Assembly (NCBI GenBank): GCA_964255285.1
Contig: CAXUUL010000097.1
Coordinates: forward strand, 1 to 32,897
Reading direction: 5' to 3'
From: Ionaspis alba
Taxonomy: Eukaryota
DNA length: 32,897 nt
The stretch's first letter is position 1. Each line of letters begins with the position of its first letter. Positions 1 through 11,412 of this stretch are shown here, in pieces. The notes beneath the pieces were generated by a model. The model made no database searches and was not told where the DNA came from. It saw nothing but the letters and a program-made list of their open reading frames with translations. The translations under genes were made by a program, and so were the position numbers.

Positions 1-236
1 CGGCTTGGTAAGTGTGGTGGGGGGGGGGGCGGGGTGGGAGATTCGTGAGAGGTGTAAGGGAGGTTGGAACGGAGAGGAGAGAAATTGGGGATGAGAAGGT
101 TGAAGGTGGCCTTTGGGCGTTTAGTGAGAGGATGATTGAAGCTCTTGAGAGAGAGGGAGCTGTGAGGAGAGCAGTGGAGAAGAAGGAGATAGGGGCGATG
201 GACAAGGGAGAACGAGATACTGCTGCCAAGGAGCAT
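1..236 (-). CDS. Possible 5' end of a gene running off the left edge (unknown product)
   Basis: ATG at 236 (-) opens a stop-free frame to the window edge: MLLGSSISFSLVHRPYLLLLHCS...ESPTPPPPPPHLPS. A second minus frame is also open, no family motif is recognised, and the sequence is low-complexity pyrimidine-rich. Confidence 0.25.
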   Translation of the reverse strand, partial: MLLGSSISFSLVHRPYLLLLHCSPHSSLSLKSFNHPLTKRPKATFNLLIPNFSPLRSNLPYTSHESPTPPPPPPHLPS

Positions 237-616
237 AGTGTCTCCCCCAATACGACTGGAATCAAGGCAGCTGGGTCTAGACGGAGCAGGAAAATGGGAT
301 GAATACTATACTATACAGGTTCTTAACGGTACTCAAAATAGCAAGTGGTCTTTTTATTACCGATAAGTATAGGATGATTCGGAGCGCAGTTCTGCGCGCG
401 TCGTGGTGGTAACGTCGACTTTATTATGTATCTGTAGCCGAAATTTTCTCCCCGGCTTTTAGATCAAAGACTCGAGGCTTGTGGCAAATGTCGTTGGTTC
501 TCAATCATTCACAAATGAAAAGTGGTATCGTGCATAACAGAAACCCGAAGACCCAGAACGGTCACAGACTTGGCACCTAGATCTAAACAAGCAGCGGCAA
601 ATGGGATACTTCTCCC

Positions 617-3370
617 CTACAAAAGTCGAACATTTTCCCACTCGAAGCCGACATGTTCCAGCGCCTCGCCCCCCATGATCCCGTGAGTGTAGCACTCGCC
701 AACAAACGTATAAGTGCCAGGCGTTTCACGTTTCCTCAGAACATATGGTGTAGATCCACCCGCCAGCAAAAACACTGGATCGTCAATCTGGGCAGACTTA
801 GGAGCCGCACCGAAATAGCCCTTCTTGGTGACAAAAAAGCGTCTACAAATCATGACGGTACCCAAGGCATCCAAGAAATTGCTCCGAAGCTCGTCAAACT
901 GCCGAACAGAAGCAACATCCACCCCAATGTGGGGCAGCGCCAGGAGGTAGTTTTCAGGGTTGTCACCGATTCGGTGGAGATATTTCTGCATTCGGTTGAA
1001 GTCTCGGAAAGCTCGCCAGGAGGAAGAGTACTCCTGTGGGGCGGGGTATCTACTGCGTGGATTATGCGTGCAATTGCCTATGACCGTTCGCCAGAGAGAG
1101 TCTTCCTTGGCCTCTCCCGTCAGGTATTGCTTGGGAAGATTCTCGATCATCTTCAACCACTCCTCTTCCGGGTACGAACCGTCTTCGAGCGGCCATTTAG
1201 TCCCTGAGCTTTCGCTGCTGGCTATTATACTAATCTGATCGACCTCGTGCCCTTGAACACATAACAAGTTCGGCCTCTCGTCTGACCACTGAATATCGGG
1301 TGTACTCGTCCCGGTAGCGGTGTAGCCCATATTTGTCGGAACACTCCACATTCCCAGTGGAGAATACTCGAACTCCGCACTGAAATCTGCGACCCAGGAA
1401 GGCAGATTCTCAATTTTAGGAAACGATCGATCCTCGACCAAGGACAACATGTTCAAGCGGTTGTCGTCCATCAAGCACCGAAGAATGAATTCTCGGTATA
1501 CATCAACCACTGGTATCCGATAGTCAGGCATTCTTGAGATCGAAGCGCTCCAGGCCCATCTCTTGAAAGGTGTCTTCGTTATTGCATTCCTCATTTCTGG
1601 CTTCTAGCGATTATCCTCAGAATAGTTAAGACTTAGTCATGCATGGAATGATAGGCAGCACTCGGGTGAGGTAGCTTCGCACAAAAAGGAGCACGTACAT
1701 CTGGGTGAGCTTGATATGGAGCCTGGTTCCCCAAAAGAAGTTCCGGTGAGGTCGCGTTGCCGTGCATGATCTTGTTCAACTTTGTCATTCCTTGCCAGAT
1801 CACCACCGTGGAGTAGGTCTACCGGCTCGTTGTTGGCTTGAGAAGAAATACTTCCAGGCTTTGCGAGATTCTCGGTACTGATACCCGCTTCGGCCGCAGT
1901 GGCAACTGTCGCCTCGACTTCAGTTTCATCGCTGCTCCAATCCTCCGTAGCAGATGAGTCATCTTCTTCCTCTACTAGATCGGGATCCAAGGCGCGTAGC
2001 TTATCGCAGAGGAAACTCGTGAGGCTGGCAGTCTCGGCCACGGCCTCTTCCTCTGCGTCATCAGAGACCAGAAGATATTGAAGCCTATCATTTCGTAAAG
2101 AAAAATCCTGAAGAAAGTTTAATACAAATTTTTTGACCACTTGCATGTCTGGAGATATGGAATTGCGACCACTGTGAAGTGGGACTGAGAAGTTTGCGAT
2201 GAACGTATCAGTATCCTTCCTGAATAACGCGTGGCCAGCGTCGCTTTCCCAATCATATTCGTGATTCGCTATACTAGAAATTTCCTTACCCGTAAGACGA
2301 GTGAGTTCGTGGGAAAGAAAACCTAGCGTGTTCCGCATGAAATTGACCATGTTCTCGTGAATACCTCGCATGGTCTCACCGTCGCTCTCACATAGGATCT
2401 CGATGGCCTCCGAGTCTTCTGCTTCACGCTTGTCCCTTCCAGACGCGTTGATGACATCCTCAAGAGCTGAGCTAAGCGCCCCGAGTCCACTGCGGTCGTC
2501 TTCGTCAGTCTCTATCTGGAAGCCTCTGTCACGGAGATCGTCGATCGTGATGTTGTGCTCACTGTTGCCGCAAGCACCAAGATCATGCCCTTCGCGGTGA
2601 GCGAAGTCATTGAAAAGACTGAAGAGCGCATAAACTTTGTCCCTTGGATCTGAGGCTTGAAATCTCCGAGTGTCCCGGATTAGTTTCCACCTCAAATTGC
2701 GCTTGCGAGTCAACCAATCGATGCGTAGTCCACCAATGATCCTTATAAAGGACATCGAAGCCTCTCCGCGTTCATAGGAGGCACTTAAGATTGCTTCCCA
2801 GGAAGATTGGGATACGAAGTGAACCCCGAGTAGCACTGCTTCAAAATCCAATTGCATCTCCCCACATTGCACGATGGTCTTTCGTGCAGTCACAATTTCC
2901 TGCACAACCCAAAGGCGACGCAGGACAGGTCGATCAAAGAGCCTCACAAGAGCTTCCCACTGGGGACCTGGAAAAACGGGCAAAACTAATCGTTTGAGGG
3001 AAATAGCGTCACGTAGAACGCTTGAAGCCGGGAGCTGGGATGGATCAAATCGGACGTTTTGTCCCCGTTCCGCGAGCAATGCAAGCAAGTTCAGTGCAGA
3101 TTCAGTATACTCATCAGCCTCTCCGAGCCATAACCAAACACTCAGAGCAGAATGATATATCCTCGGCATCAGCAGTACTTGTCTAGCGCGCTCGTCGTAA
3201 TCTTCTTGGTTGATGCAGAGCGCAGCAATCCACAACACAATGGGCGAACTTGGAGGCCGGAATTGTCGGAGAGCATCCCGGAGACTGGTAGAGACGAGCA
3301 AGCGTCGGCCATTACACCAATATCGAGTGGAGCCCCGCTCGTTGGCTTCTCCGAGTAGAAGAGATGAAAT
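617..3370 (-). pseudogene. HET-domain (heterokaryon incompatibility, HET-6-like) gene, apparently disrupted
   Basis: HET motifs appear in order: WCNGRRLLVSTSLRDALRQF, LWIAALCINQEDYDERARQVLLMPRIY, WLWLGE, RRLWVVQEIV, RRFQASDPRDKVYAL (ORF 1637-3301); then PDY..VVDVY, LPSWVADF, RRFFVTKKGYFGAAP, FVGECYTHGIMGGEA (ORF 617-1594). The two ORFs share a frame but are separated by TGA (1637-1639) and TAG (1604-1606). There is no in-frame ATG or intact ALSYxWG motif upstream (in-frame TGA near 3387). Family call is strong; pseudogene status is less certain. Confidence 0.75.
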
Positions 3371-3781
3371 TGAGATGCGAGCCGTTCACCGATGGGAAAT
3401 GAGCATTGTACGCTTCGCTCGGTCAACAATGGAGTCTGTAACCTTTCGAATGCTCCGAAGAACTTGTAGGGTGTTCTTGCGCTACGGATCCATCAATTTT
3501 ATTCTGAGTGGACTTACACTTCTTCGCTCTGGCTAGCGGAGGTAGTGCTCTCATATTCTCACCGGTCACTCTTAAGCATTAGTGATAGCAGGTGATTCGA
3601 TGTCGAGCGATAATGGGCCAGAGATGGAGCTGAGAGAGATTCTGAGTCCCAAAGGAGACACGATGACTATAGTAATCCTATCGTCCTACTGTTCAATAAT
3701 CACTCAATACGAGCACAGAATCAATTTGCAAGAAGCAGGACAAGCTCGCCAAACACTACTAACGGCCGCTGCCAACGCTCA

Positions 3782-5474
3782 TTAGGTTTCCGATCTGGTC
3801 GGAATTAGGTGAGAAAGACGACCTTTCTCATCCACCCCGGAGCTACGGCTCCCATCCTCAACGGAGCTTGTTGTACTTGGCTCGATACCGACTTTACTCT
3901 TCAAGTATCCGTCCAATTCTTTGGCCTTCCATATGTTGAGGTAGAATGGAAAGCTCCAAGAAACCACAAATCCGATCAAAGGGACCATCATTGCCAATCG
4001 CGTGCCCAATCGATCTGCCGCTAAGCCTAGAAGAGGTGGGAAGATGGCCCCTCCGCAAACAGAGGCGACGAGGAATGAAGCACCACGTTTGGTATGGCGG
4101 CCAAGTCCGCGGAGCGAAAGGGTGAAAATGGTCGGGAAGATGCAACTTTCGAAGAAGAGGACGAGGGACAGCGTGGCTATGCCTGCGTTTCCGGTCGAGC
4201 CCATAGCGGCGGAAATGAAGACGATAATCATCGACCTACAAAGGTCATTGTCAGCGATAGTCTGCCATAGTTTCCTGATCTATCCAGCCTTACATGAATG
4301 TCCAAAGAATCAGTCTTGGCCGGATGAATTTCATCGAGAAAGCTGCCACAAACCTTCCTATGGCAAAAAGACCTTGTGCCAGTGCAAGCAGATTAGATCC
4401 TGTCGCTTGGGTAGTACCTGGCCTGACGTCCTCCACGTAATTGATGAAGAAGTTGGCGATGGCGACCTGACTGCCAACATAGCAGAACTGCGCAGCAACC
4501 CCCCAGAAGAGCGTGTACTGCTTGTAAAGAGGCTTATCCTCATACCCGGTGTCATATAGTTTTCCTTGCTGCTCTCCATCCGCCATGTCGGAGTCGGTCA
4601 CTTCGGGAATTGGTGCAAAATAGAAGACCACGGCGAGACAGAACACAAAGCACGCGATACCTAGGTAGGTCCACTGAACGGTGGTCAGGTCTTTTGAACC
4701 GACGTTGGCGAAAAAGACACGAGCCGCCAACAGAGGTGCTACGACAGAACCGATAGCCTGAAACGACTGCGAGACATTGAGACGTAGCTCCGAATAACGC
4801 GGTGGGCCACCTGGAAGGAATGTATCAGACTCTACGAGAAAGCTTAATGTTCCCAGAAGGCAGGTACGATGATACTCACAGGTAGCAATAAAAGGATTGG
4901 CGGAGGTCTCCAAGGTGGAAAGGCCTGAACCAACCAGGAACATAGATCCCACGAACCCACCAAAGGAGCGTTTCACGCCAGACGGCCAGAACATGAGAGC
5001 ACCAATACCGTAGATGATCAGGCCGGTGATGAAGGTCCACCGGTAGCCGAACCGACGTACGATCCACCCCGAGTAGGTCAGTGGCCCAAGGAAGTAGGCT
5101 CCGAAGTAGGCACCAGACAGTCCAGCACCTTGAGCCTTGGTGACTCCGAGTGTCGTCTGAAAGTGGGAGTTGAGGACGTCGAGCAGGCCATAGGCAAATC
5201 CCCACATGAAGAACAGGATAGTCACCAGGACAATGGGGAAGATGGACTGTCTGGTGGTAAGCTGGGAGGCTCCGGTGACCTGACGGTTGCTGACGCTCTT
5301 GCGACGTCTTGCATTGGCCCTGACGTCCATCAAAGAGGGGCGGCGGCTCATCTGCTCCTCGACTTCCTCGAGGGTGGGCTCCGTCTCCTTGCCGACGATA
5401 CTGCCCAGTCGGTATTCACGGCCACCGAAACTGCCCACCTTGATGCTATCACGACGAACGCCTGGAGTAGACAT
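3782..5474 (-). CDS. MFS sugar permease, L-fucose/glucose-galactose (FucP-like) family, about 521 aa
   Basis: Motifs LFFMWGFAYGLLDVLN, GLSTLETSANPFI, RLNVSQSFQAIGSVVAP, QFCYVGSQV, FFESCIFPTIF. Exons 5474-4880, 4810-4294, 4235-3782; introns 4811-4879 (GTGAGT..CAG) and 4236-4293 (GTAAGG..TAG). Confidence 0.92.
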
Positions 5475-6247
5475 GATGATGGTGTTTGGACAGTAGTATT
5501 GAGTTGAGGATGGCGACTTGTCTCTGTTCAGCAGAGACTTTTGTCAGATCATAGAGAGGAGGGCAGGTAATCTTCGGGAATAGCGAGAATCAAGACATGG
5601 CCGAAGGGGAACGGGTCAAGCTCCTTATGTATCCCATTCGTAGATCATGATGTGGGGTGTAGGAAATGATGCCTAGGTGGGCTTGGAGGCCGCGGAGTCT
5701 TGAACAGCGGCAACCTCAATCTGGGCGAACTGGATCGTCCTCAGCTTGTCATTCTGGAGTTCCTGGATCATTGTGGATTTCGGACAAGCAAGCAACGCTA
5801 AATGGTATGTTCAGGGAATTGTAAAAAGTGATGATTGTCCCCGACCAATGATCGATGATTCGCCGCCATGGCAGATTCGCCAATGGCCTGGAAAGATCCG
5901 AGATGGAAGCCATCACATCAATTCCATGCTAACAAACGGCAATGGAGTAGGCCTGAAGAGAAATCATGAGGGGCTGTGTTAAGCAAAATCACCCCAGCGA
6001 GACCAGAGCATTGGAAGATGATACGAAGGAGGGGCCCAAAAGGCCCGAAAGATTGAAAGATTGAAAGGAAGGCCAAAGATGGCACATAGAAATCCAGATG
6101 GGATGGTTACATTCGCCAAAGCCGTCAAGACATTGGCATCAGTGGCAAGGAATGGCAGGCAGCATGGGGGAGGAGATGCAGCGTCTAGGACTATCCTTGC
6201 GATCGCCATTTCCTTGGCTCTACACAGTTGTCCACGAGACTTCAACG

Positions 6248-6274
6248 TTTGTGCTTTGTGCTTTGTGCTTTGTG
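6248..6274. repeat. Heptamer tandem repeat (TTTGTGC)x3.9
   Basis: tttgtgc tttgtgc tttgtgc tttgtg read directly, in the region upstream of the permease. Confidence 0.9.
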
Positions 6275-7255
6275 ATGGGGGCGAAAAAGAGGAGGTGGAG
6301 GAGGCCTGGACAGGAAAAGGACATCGACGAGATCCCCTAGGTAGAAGGCAGTGGAGGGGAGTGGGAGACATTGAGTGGACCGTCCTCACTCGTTGGCGTC
6401 CTGTTTGACTGGAGCTGGTGCTGGAGGTGGAGAGAGGACAAGAGCGGCTGACGAGGAAAAAGTAAGTAGAGACGAGCAAGAGGAAATGCGGGGGACGTCA
6501 CTGCCACCAAAAACGCCACTCGTTCATCTCTTGGGGTTTGTTCGTAGACGTTGGAAGAAAGATGGAATTGCACGATTGAATCGGAGAGGTTGTGGCATCG
6601 AATCTGCGGGATTTGGAGTTGAAAGAAAGATCAATGACAGTGATGGTAGGCCGTGGGATTCCGCTGCTTCTTAGAGGCACTGCAGTCGCGTTCCCGGATT
6701 ACTATTGGCTACATCTCAACTAGATCAGGCCAGGGAATCTATTGTCTACCCTTATAGAGAGCCGTGTCTGTTACCGCGTCTTTGTATCTGACACGATATG
6801 CAAGGAGAAAGGTAGCCTCGTCAAAAATACAGATCGCAGCAGCAGACTCAGAGAAAAGATCCAGCTGTGGGAAGTTCCCTTTGATTTGCTTCCGAGGATC
6901 AGTGATTAATTGAGGTATCCATGGACTACTTGGTAAAAAACTTGAAGGTCAACACGGAAAGATTCTCCCGAGAGATAGGAACCATGAAGGCCGCTTTTAG
7001 CCATATGCCATGGTCGACCCTAAGGGATATAAATGATTTTAATCAACGGGTATGTACAAAGCCTTGCTAGTTGACCTCTCGTCACTGTTCAAGCCCTTCG
7101 TTCCCTTTTGTCTCTGCACAGACAAGAATTATGTATAACTTAACCGTTACCGTGTACGCTTTTGGGAGCTTCCCTGTAGGCCAAAGATGCAAGCAGCAGA
7201 CGTGAACGAGGAATCGAAAACAGAGATATGGAGTGCGAAAGATCCTTCAACGAAT

Positions 7256-10200
7256 CTAGTATTTTTCCTTAGACGGCGTGGTCGTGCCCTTCGACGGTGA
7301 CATGCTGTACGGTGCCTATTGCAGCAGGAAGCCACGGGTCAGCATCTTGCTCCCAGATTCGGACATTGGTTCTCGACCAAGCTCACCAGCACTTTCTTAG
7401 CATTACATATCCGCCATGCCAGGTTCTTCACATTGCCATCTGCCTGAACTACTTCAGGCGCGAATTCGATACCAAACCTAGTATTTCTCATTAGTAGCCG
7501 AGAGCAATCGAGCGGACTGGTGAAAGCTCACATTTGATGTACTGCGAAGACCACTCTTTTCGCAAACTTCCCGTCTCGCTCTACCAGACTTCCAAATGCC
7601 TCTTGGACGGTATTTGGAGCGATGTCCGGGTCTCGGTCGAAGCAGTTCCGAACCAGAGGTAACAACGCTTCTTCCACTGCGCCTCTAATCAACCCATTCG
7701 CATCGGCTTCCACGTCGTCTTCATCAAAGCGGCCTATCCTGATCTCAAAGGGTAGAGAGATTGCCATGACATTGTGCTTGCCATTGTGATGGTAACGAAA
7801 TTCAAAGACGCCAGTGGTCCACCACAGCTTATCGCCGGAGAATTCCATCTCCCCACTCATATAGTCTTTCGACTCTCCATCCTGGCGGGCAGCGCCGGAA
7901 ACTCGAGCGTCGCTGATGAGGTTGCCTCGATCGGCTGTGACAGAATCGTACTGATCCGGGTTGGTCGCAACCCAGCGCCCCTGTGACGCCACTCGTGTCG
8001 CTTCCCGAGATGCATTGTCAGCCACCATGTAGAGACCTATCCAGTCCTTCTTGCTATGGTTCAGAGGAGCCGTCCAGCGGACCTTGATGGGTGCCCCATA
8101 TTCGAACATCAGGGGTCTGAACTCCGATGTCCTCTGGGCAGGTACGCGTGCTGTCAGGCCTTCCTTACTGCTCGCCTTCTCCGATATTGCGAGAGCCGAC
8201 GACGGTGTCCCTTCGACTTGGATGGAATAGTCCTTAGGATCGTAGCCAGCAAGGTCAGGCTCAAGACGAGTGATACTGATCCGAGCCGGGTGCGTAAAAA
8301 GTGCTGTAGAGTCCTTGACGAAGAGACTGACACCGGCGGCGAGCTTCGGTCGAGCTGCATCGACGAACTCTTCCACAAAGTCAACGGTTTCGCTGAGCAT
8401 CTTGTCCACGCTTCCTTGCCACTGACGCAGCGGAGGTGGCAGCGAACGTTTCAGGCTCTTGACCAATCCCGAGTCTCTCCTCAAACTCTGCCCATACAGT
8501 TTCTGCATGTGTGGTCGTTCAACGAATTGAATGAACGTCAAGCTTAGAGTGTGACTCAGCAGTGCCAGAAAGAAGATAGCACTGCTTCCAGTAATCAAAG
8601 CAGCGCCCCATACTCCGGCCAAGCCAATGACTCGCTCCGGGTTGTTGAGGAAACGATAGATGCCGCTATATGTCAATTTTGGCGCTTGATCGAAAAAGAA
8701 ATCACCAAAGAACCAGCCGAATTCACCGAGAGATTCGTAGATGCTGACAGCAGTCCATATCTGGAGAGACACAAGCCCAATTCCGAGGATGTGCTTGAGC
8801 AAGACCATCCCGTACGTCCAGTCAGGAGGAAGATAGTACGTCTTCCACACGGCTGCTGCGAAGCTAGCGTAGCACATCGTCATGCTGAGATGGTACGTGC
8901 CTTTCCATTGTCTCCAAGCTTCCTCCGTGCTCTCTCCGTACTTGACAAAGTGTCGAGTCCACTTCTTCTTGGTAGACTGGCGGTTAAGAAGGTAGCCAAT
9001 GCCCAAGGAGTACCAAAGGCGCCAGATCGCAGCATTGATGACAAATATGGTCTGGAATGTTGGAGTCGACGGCGTCAATATTGCAAGGGCGAAGGTATAG
9101 ACCTGAAGGAGGATGACAGATGTGTCTGTAATTCTATACAGGTCGATGTTATGGAGTCCCATGAGGTTATGGACTGGGGAAGGTTGGTTTGTGGAGGCCA
9201 ATGGAGGAGCATCGTTGACGTGACCCGCATGAAGACAATCAGTCTCTTCATGTGGATCAGGCAGGTCTTCCATCATCCGTTTCCGTGGCAGCGGTGCATT
9301 ATAGGTCTTGTCGATATGAGGATTTTCCACCCAGACGAGGAAGGCAAATTGTGCAGCATGGGCAACGATAGAAATGAACAAGACGTTGTAACTCGCGGCC
9401 ATCAATGATATTCCGTAATATCCTGCATATCCGACTGAATACATAGGGTGGGGAGCCATCTCGAAGACACCATCAAAAGTCAACTCTTGATCGATCAGAT
9501 AGAAAAAGTCTCCCCAGTACCAAGCGTAATCCTTGACAACCCTATGGGCATCAAGTTTGACCCACAGGTTGAACCCCACCAGACTCCACCCAGCGACCCA
9601 TCGAAAGGCAGTCATGAAAATGCCCTCGCCAGCAGGAGTACCGCCACAAGCGGTAGCAAAGAGACAATATGACACGAAATCACACATGAGAATCAAGTCG
9701 ACGATCCGTCGAAAGACCAGCCAAGTGTTATACTCAACCGGCGCGTCATCAAACTTGTAATCCCGAGGGATCTTGGTTTCCATCTCGCGCTTGATGAAGT
9801 TGTAAAGAGCCGGGTGGGGATTTTCACCAGTCTTTGGATTGACGAAAAGCCGGAGCTTCTTCGCCCATGTCACGAGTCTTCGATGATTGGACTGGATGTG
9901 CAGAAGGTAGCCGATGCCGACGTTGTAGCATCCTCGCCAGAGGAGGAAGATGACAGCAAAGGCAGGGATTCGTACAGACTGGGGGAGTAAATAGAGACAG
10001 AGAATGTGGAGGCCCAAGATAGCGAGGACAAGAACATCCGAGAAGTTCTTGGGTTGGCTCGGGGAGAGTAATTGTGAGACCATATCATGTGTCTGTGGAA
10101 CAGTAAATACTGAAATAGAGTGTCAGTCCTGCATCGAGATACACCGAAGCCACTGGCCTCCTCTACACACGCTGTCCCGCTGGAGGCGATGGGCTATCCG

Positions 10201-10416
10201 TCAGATTGTCTGGAATCTGGAGGTCAACTTACCGGTGCCATCAGGTGTTCTGCCAAACGTCTTCTTGGTCTTTCCACTTCCCTCCCGGCTCATCTGTTCC
10301 TCGCTGAGAACCCAACTCGAACCGTGTGCATCTCCTCGAGCGGTGACATTTTGCACATTGGAGCGCTGCCGTAGAGCGCTTTCACGCCGGCCATCACTCG
10401 TGGCATCCGAATTCAT
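7256..10416 (-). CDS. CHO2: Phosphatidylethanolamine N-methyltransferase (Cho2/Pem1), about 970 aa
   Basis: [26 protein letters not shown]; two PEMT repeats ([48 protein letters not shown]); C-terminal [17 protein letters not shown] and [17 protein letters not shown]. Exons 10416-10233, 10109-7532, 7477-7387, 7315-7256. Confidence 0.96.
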
Positions 10417-11412
10417 GGCCAGAAAAGCAATTGACCACCTTGTGGTAGGTGGGAAATGATTCGCAACGAGAAGGGGCTACGGATCGCGGGCATCTGTAGA
10501 GTAGAGCTGTGTGTCTCTTGACAAATTTGTCTCTCCTGCTCCCTACACCAGACTTATGGCGTGCTTCCGAGCCTATCACGCGGACGAAGCCCGTTTCTGG
10601 TGAAGTGCGTGATGGGAAGTTGTACGGAAGACGAGGTGCGAGCATGAGCCATCTGCTCCTAAGAAACAACGTCGAGGACCCTTGGACCGTCAGACCGTTA
10701 GACCGTTGGAGTAGTGGGGTTGTGCGTTGTTGTATGGTTAGTGTGGGAAGGGGAGTGTGGGGGAAGGGAGTTGGGCGGGAAGGACGTCGTTATTTCGCAG
10801 ACAGGTCAATCACTGGGATTCTTGGGGGACTCTGGACTGCTTCACTTCCACATGCCAGCCAGCCGGACCGATGCCGGCAGCTTATTGCTTGGCAGGGTCC
10901 TGCTCTTAGCGCCTCAGCAGGGAAACTGGAAGGTGCAGCCTATATACACAGTGGTGGAGGTAATGTCTGGATCATGTGATCAGAACAGTTGCCAAGACTT
11001 TATGATCAACCGTGAGCATGTATCAGAGGCGACTACACATTTTCAAGACTCTTCAGATTCTAGAATGTCTCTATGATAATTAATGTCTACTGGATTTGTA
11101 CAAATAGTTGATTGCGATCATGAATAATTGGATGATACAAGATTTCAATTTCTCGGTTGACTGCTTATAAGGCTTTATTTGATTGGTTTTTAGACATTAA
11201 TGGACGCAATGAAAAGGCTCTTTTTGTCCCTCACCAAGGGTGCGCTTACAAATCCCCAGCCCTATCAGATTTATCCCACTCCACAGAGGCTAGAACTCCT
11301 GATCGCCTCCGATTTACTCGTAGATCCTCAGTGTTGGTCTTTCAATGGTCATGCATCTTGATACCGCAATGATCGGATAGTCTGTCCTAAAAAGATACAT
11401 TCGTTACACCCC

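Noticed and set aside
5979..6680. Overlapping ORFs of 60-166 aa on both strands upstream of the permease
   Set aside because: Low-complexity translations of CT/GA-rich sequence, mostly non-ATG starts and no family motifs; looks like promoter or UTR.
8056..9760. Long plus-strand ORFs (up to 285 aa) inside CHO2; similar ones inside other genes (e.g. 18707-19564)
   Set aside because: Antisense shadows of real coding sequence with no recognisable domains.
10110..10232. Internal CTGAC..TAG in CHO2 intron 1 suggesting a nested or alternative intron
   Set aside because: It would give a 39-nt intron, expose an in-frame TGA and regenerate no donor, so there is no support for a stwintron.
10394..10645. 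Out-of-frame upstream ORF overlapping the CHO2 start
   Set aside because: The TSS is unknown and the ATG is about 230 nt upstream; there is no evidence it lies in the mRNA.
10973..10982. CATGTGA resembling UAS-INO upstream of CHO2
   Set aside because: A single partial match (CATGTGATCA vs CATGTGAAAT) is expected by chance.
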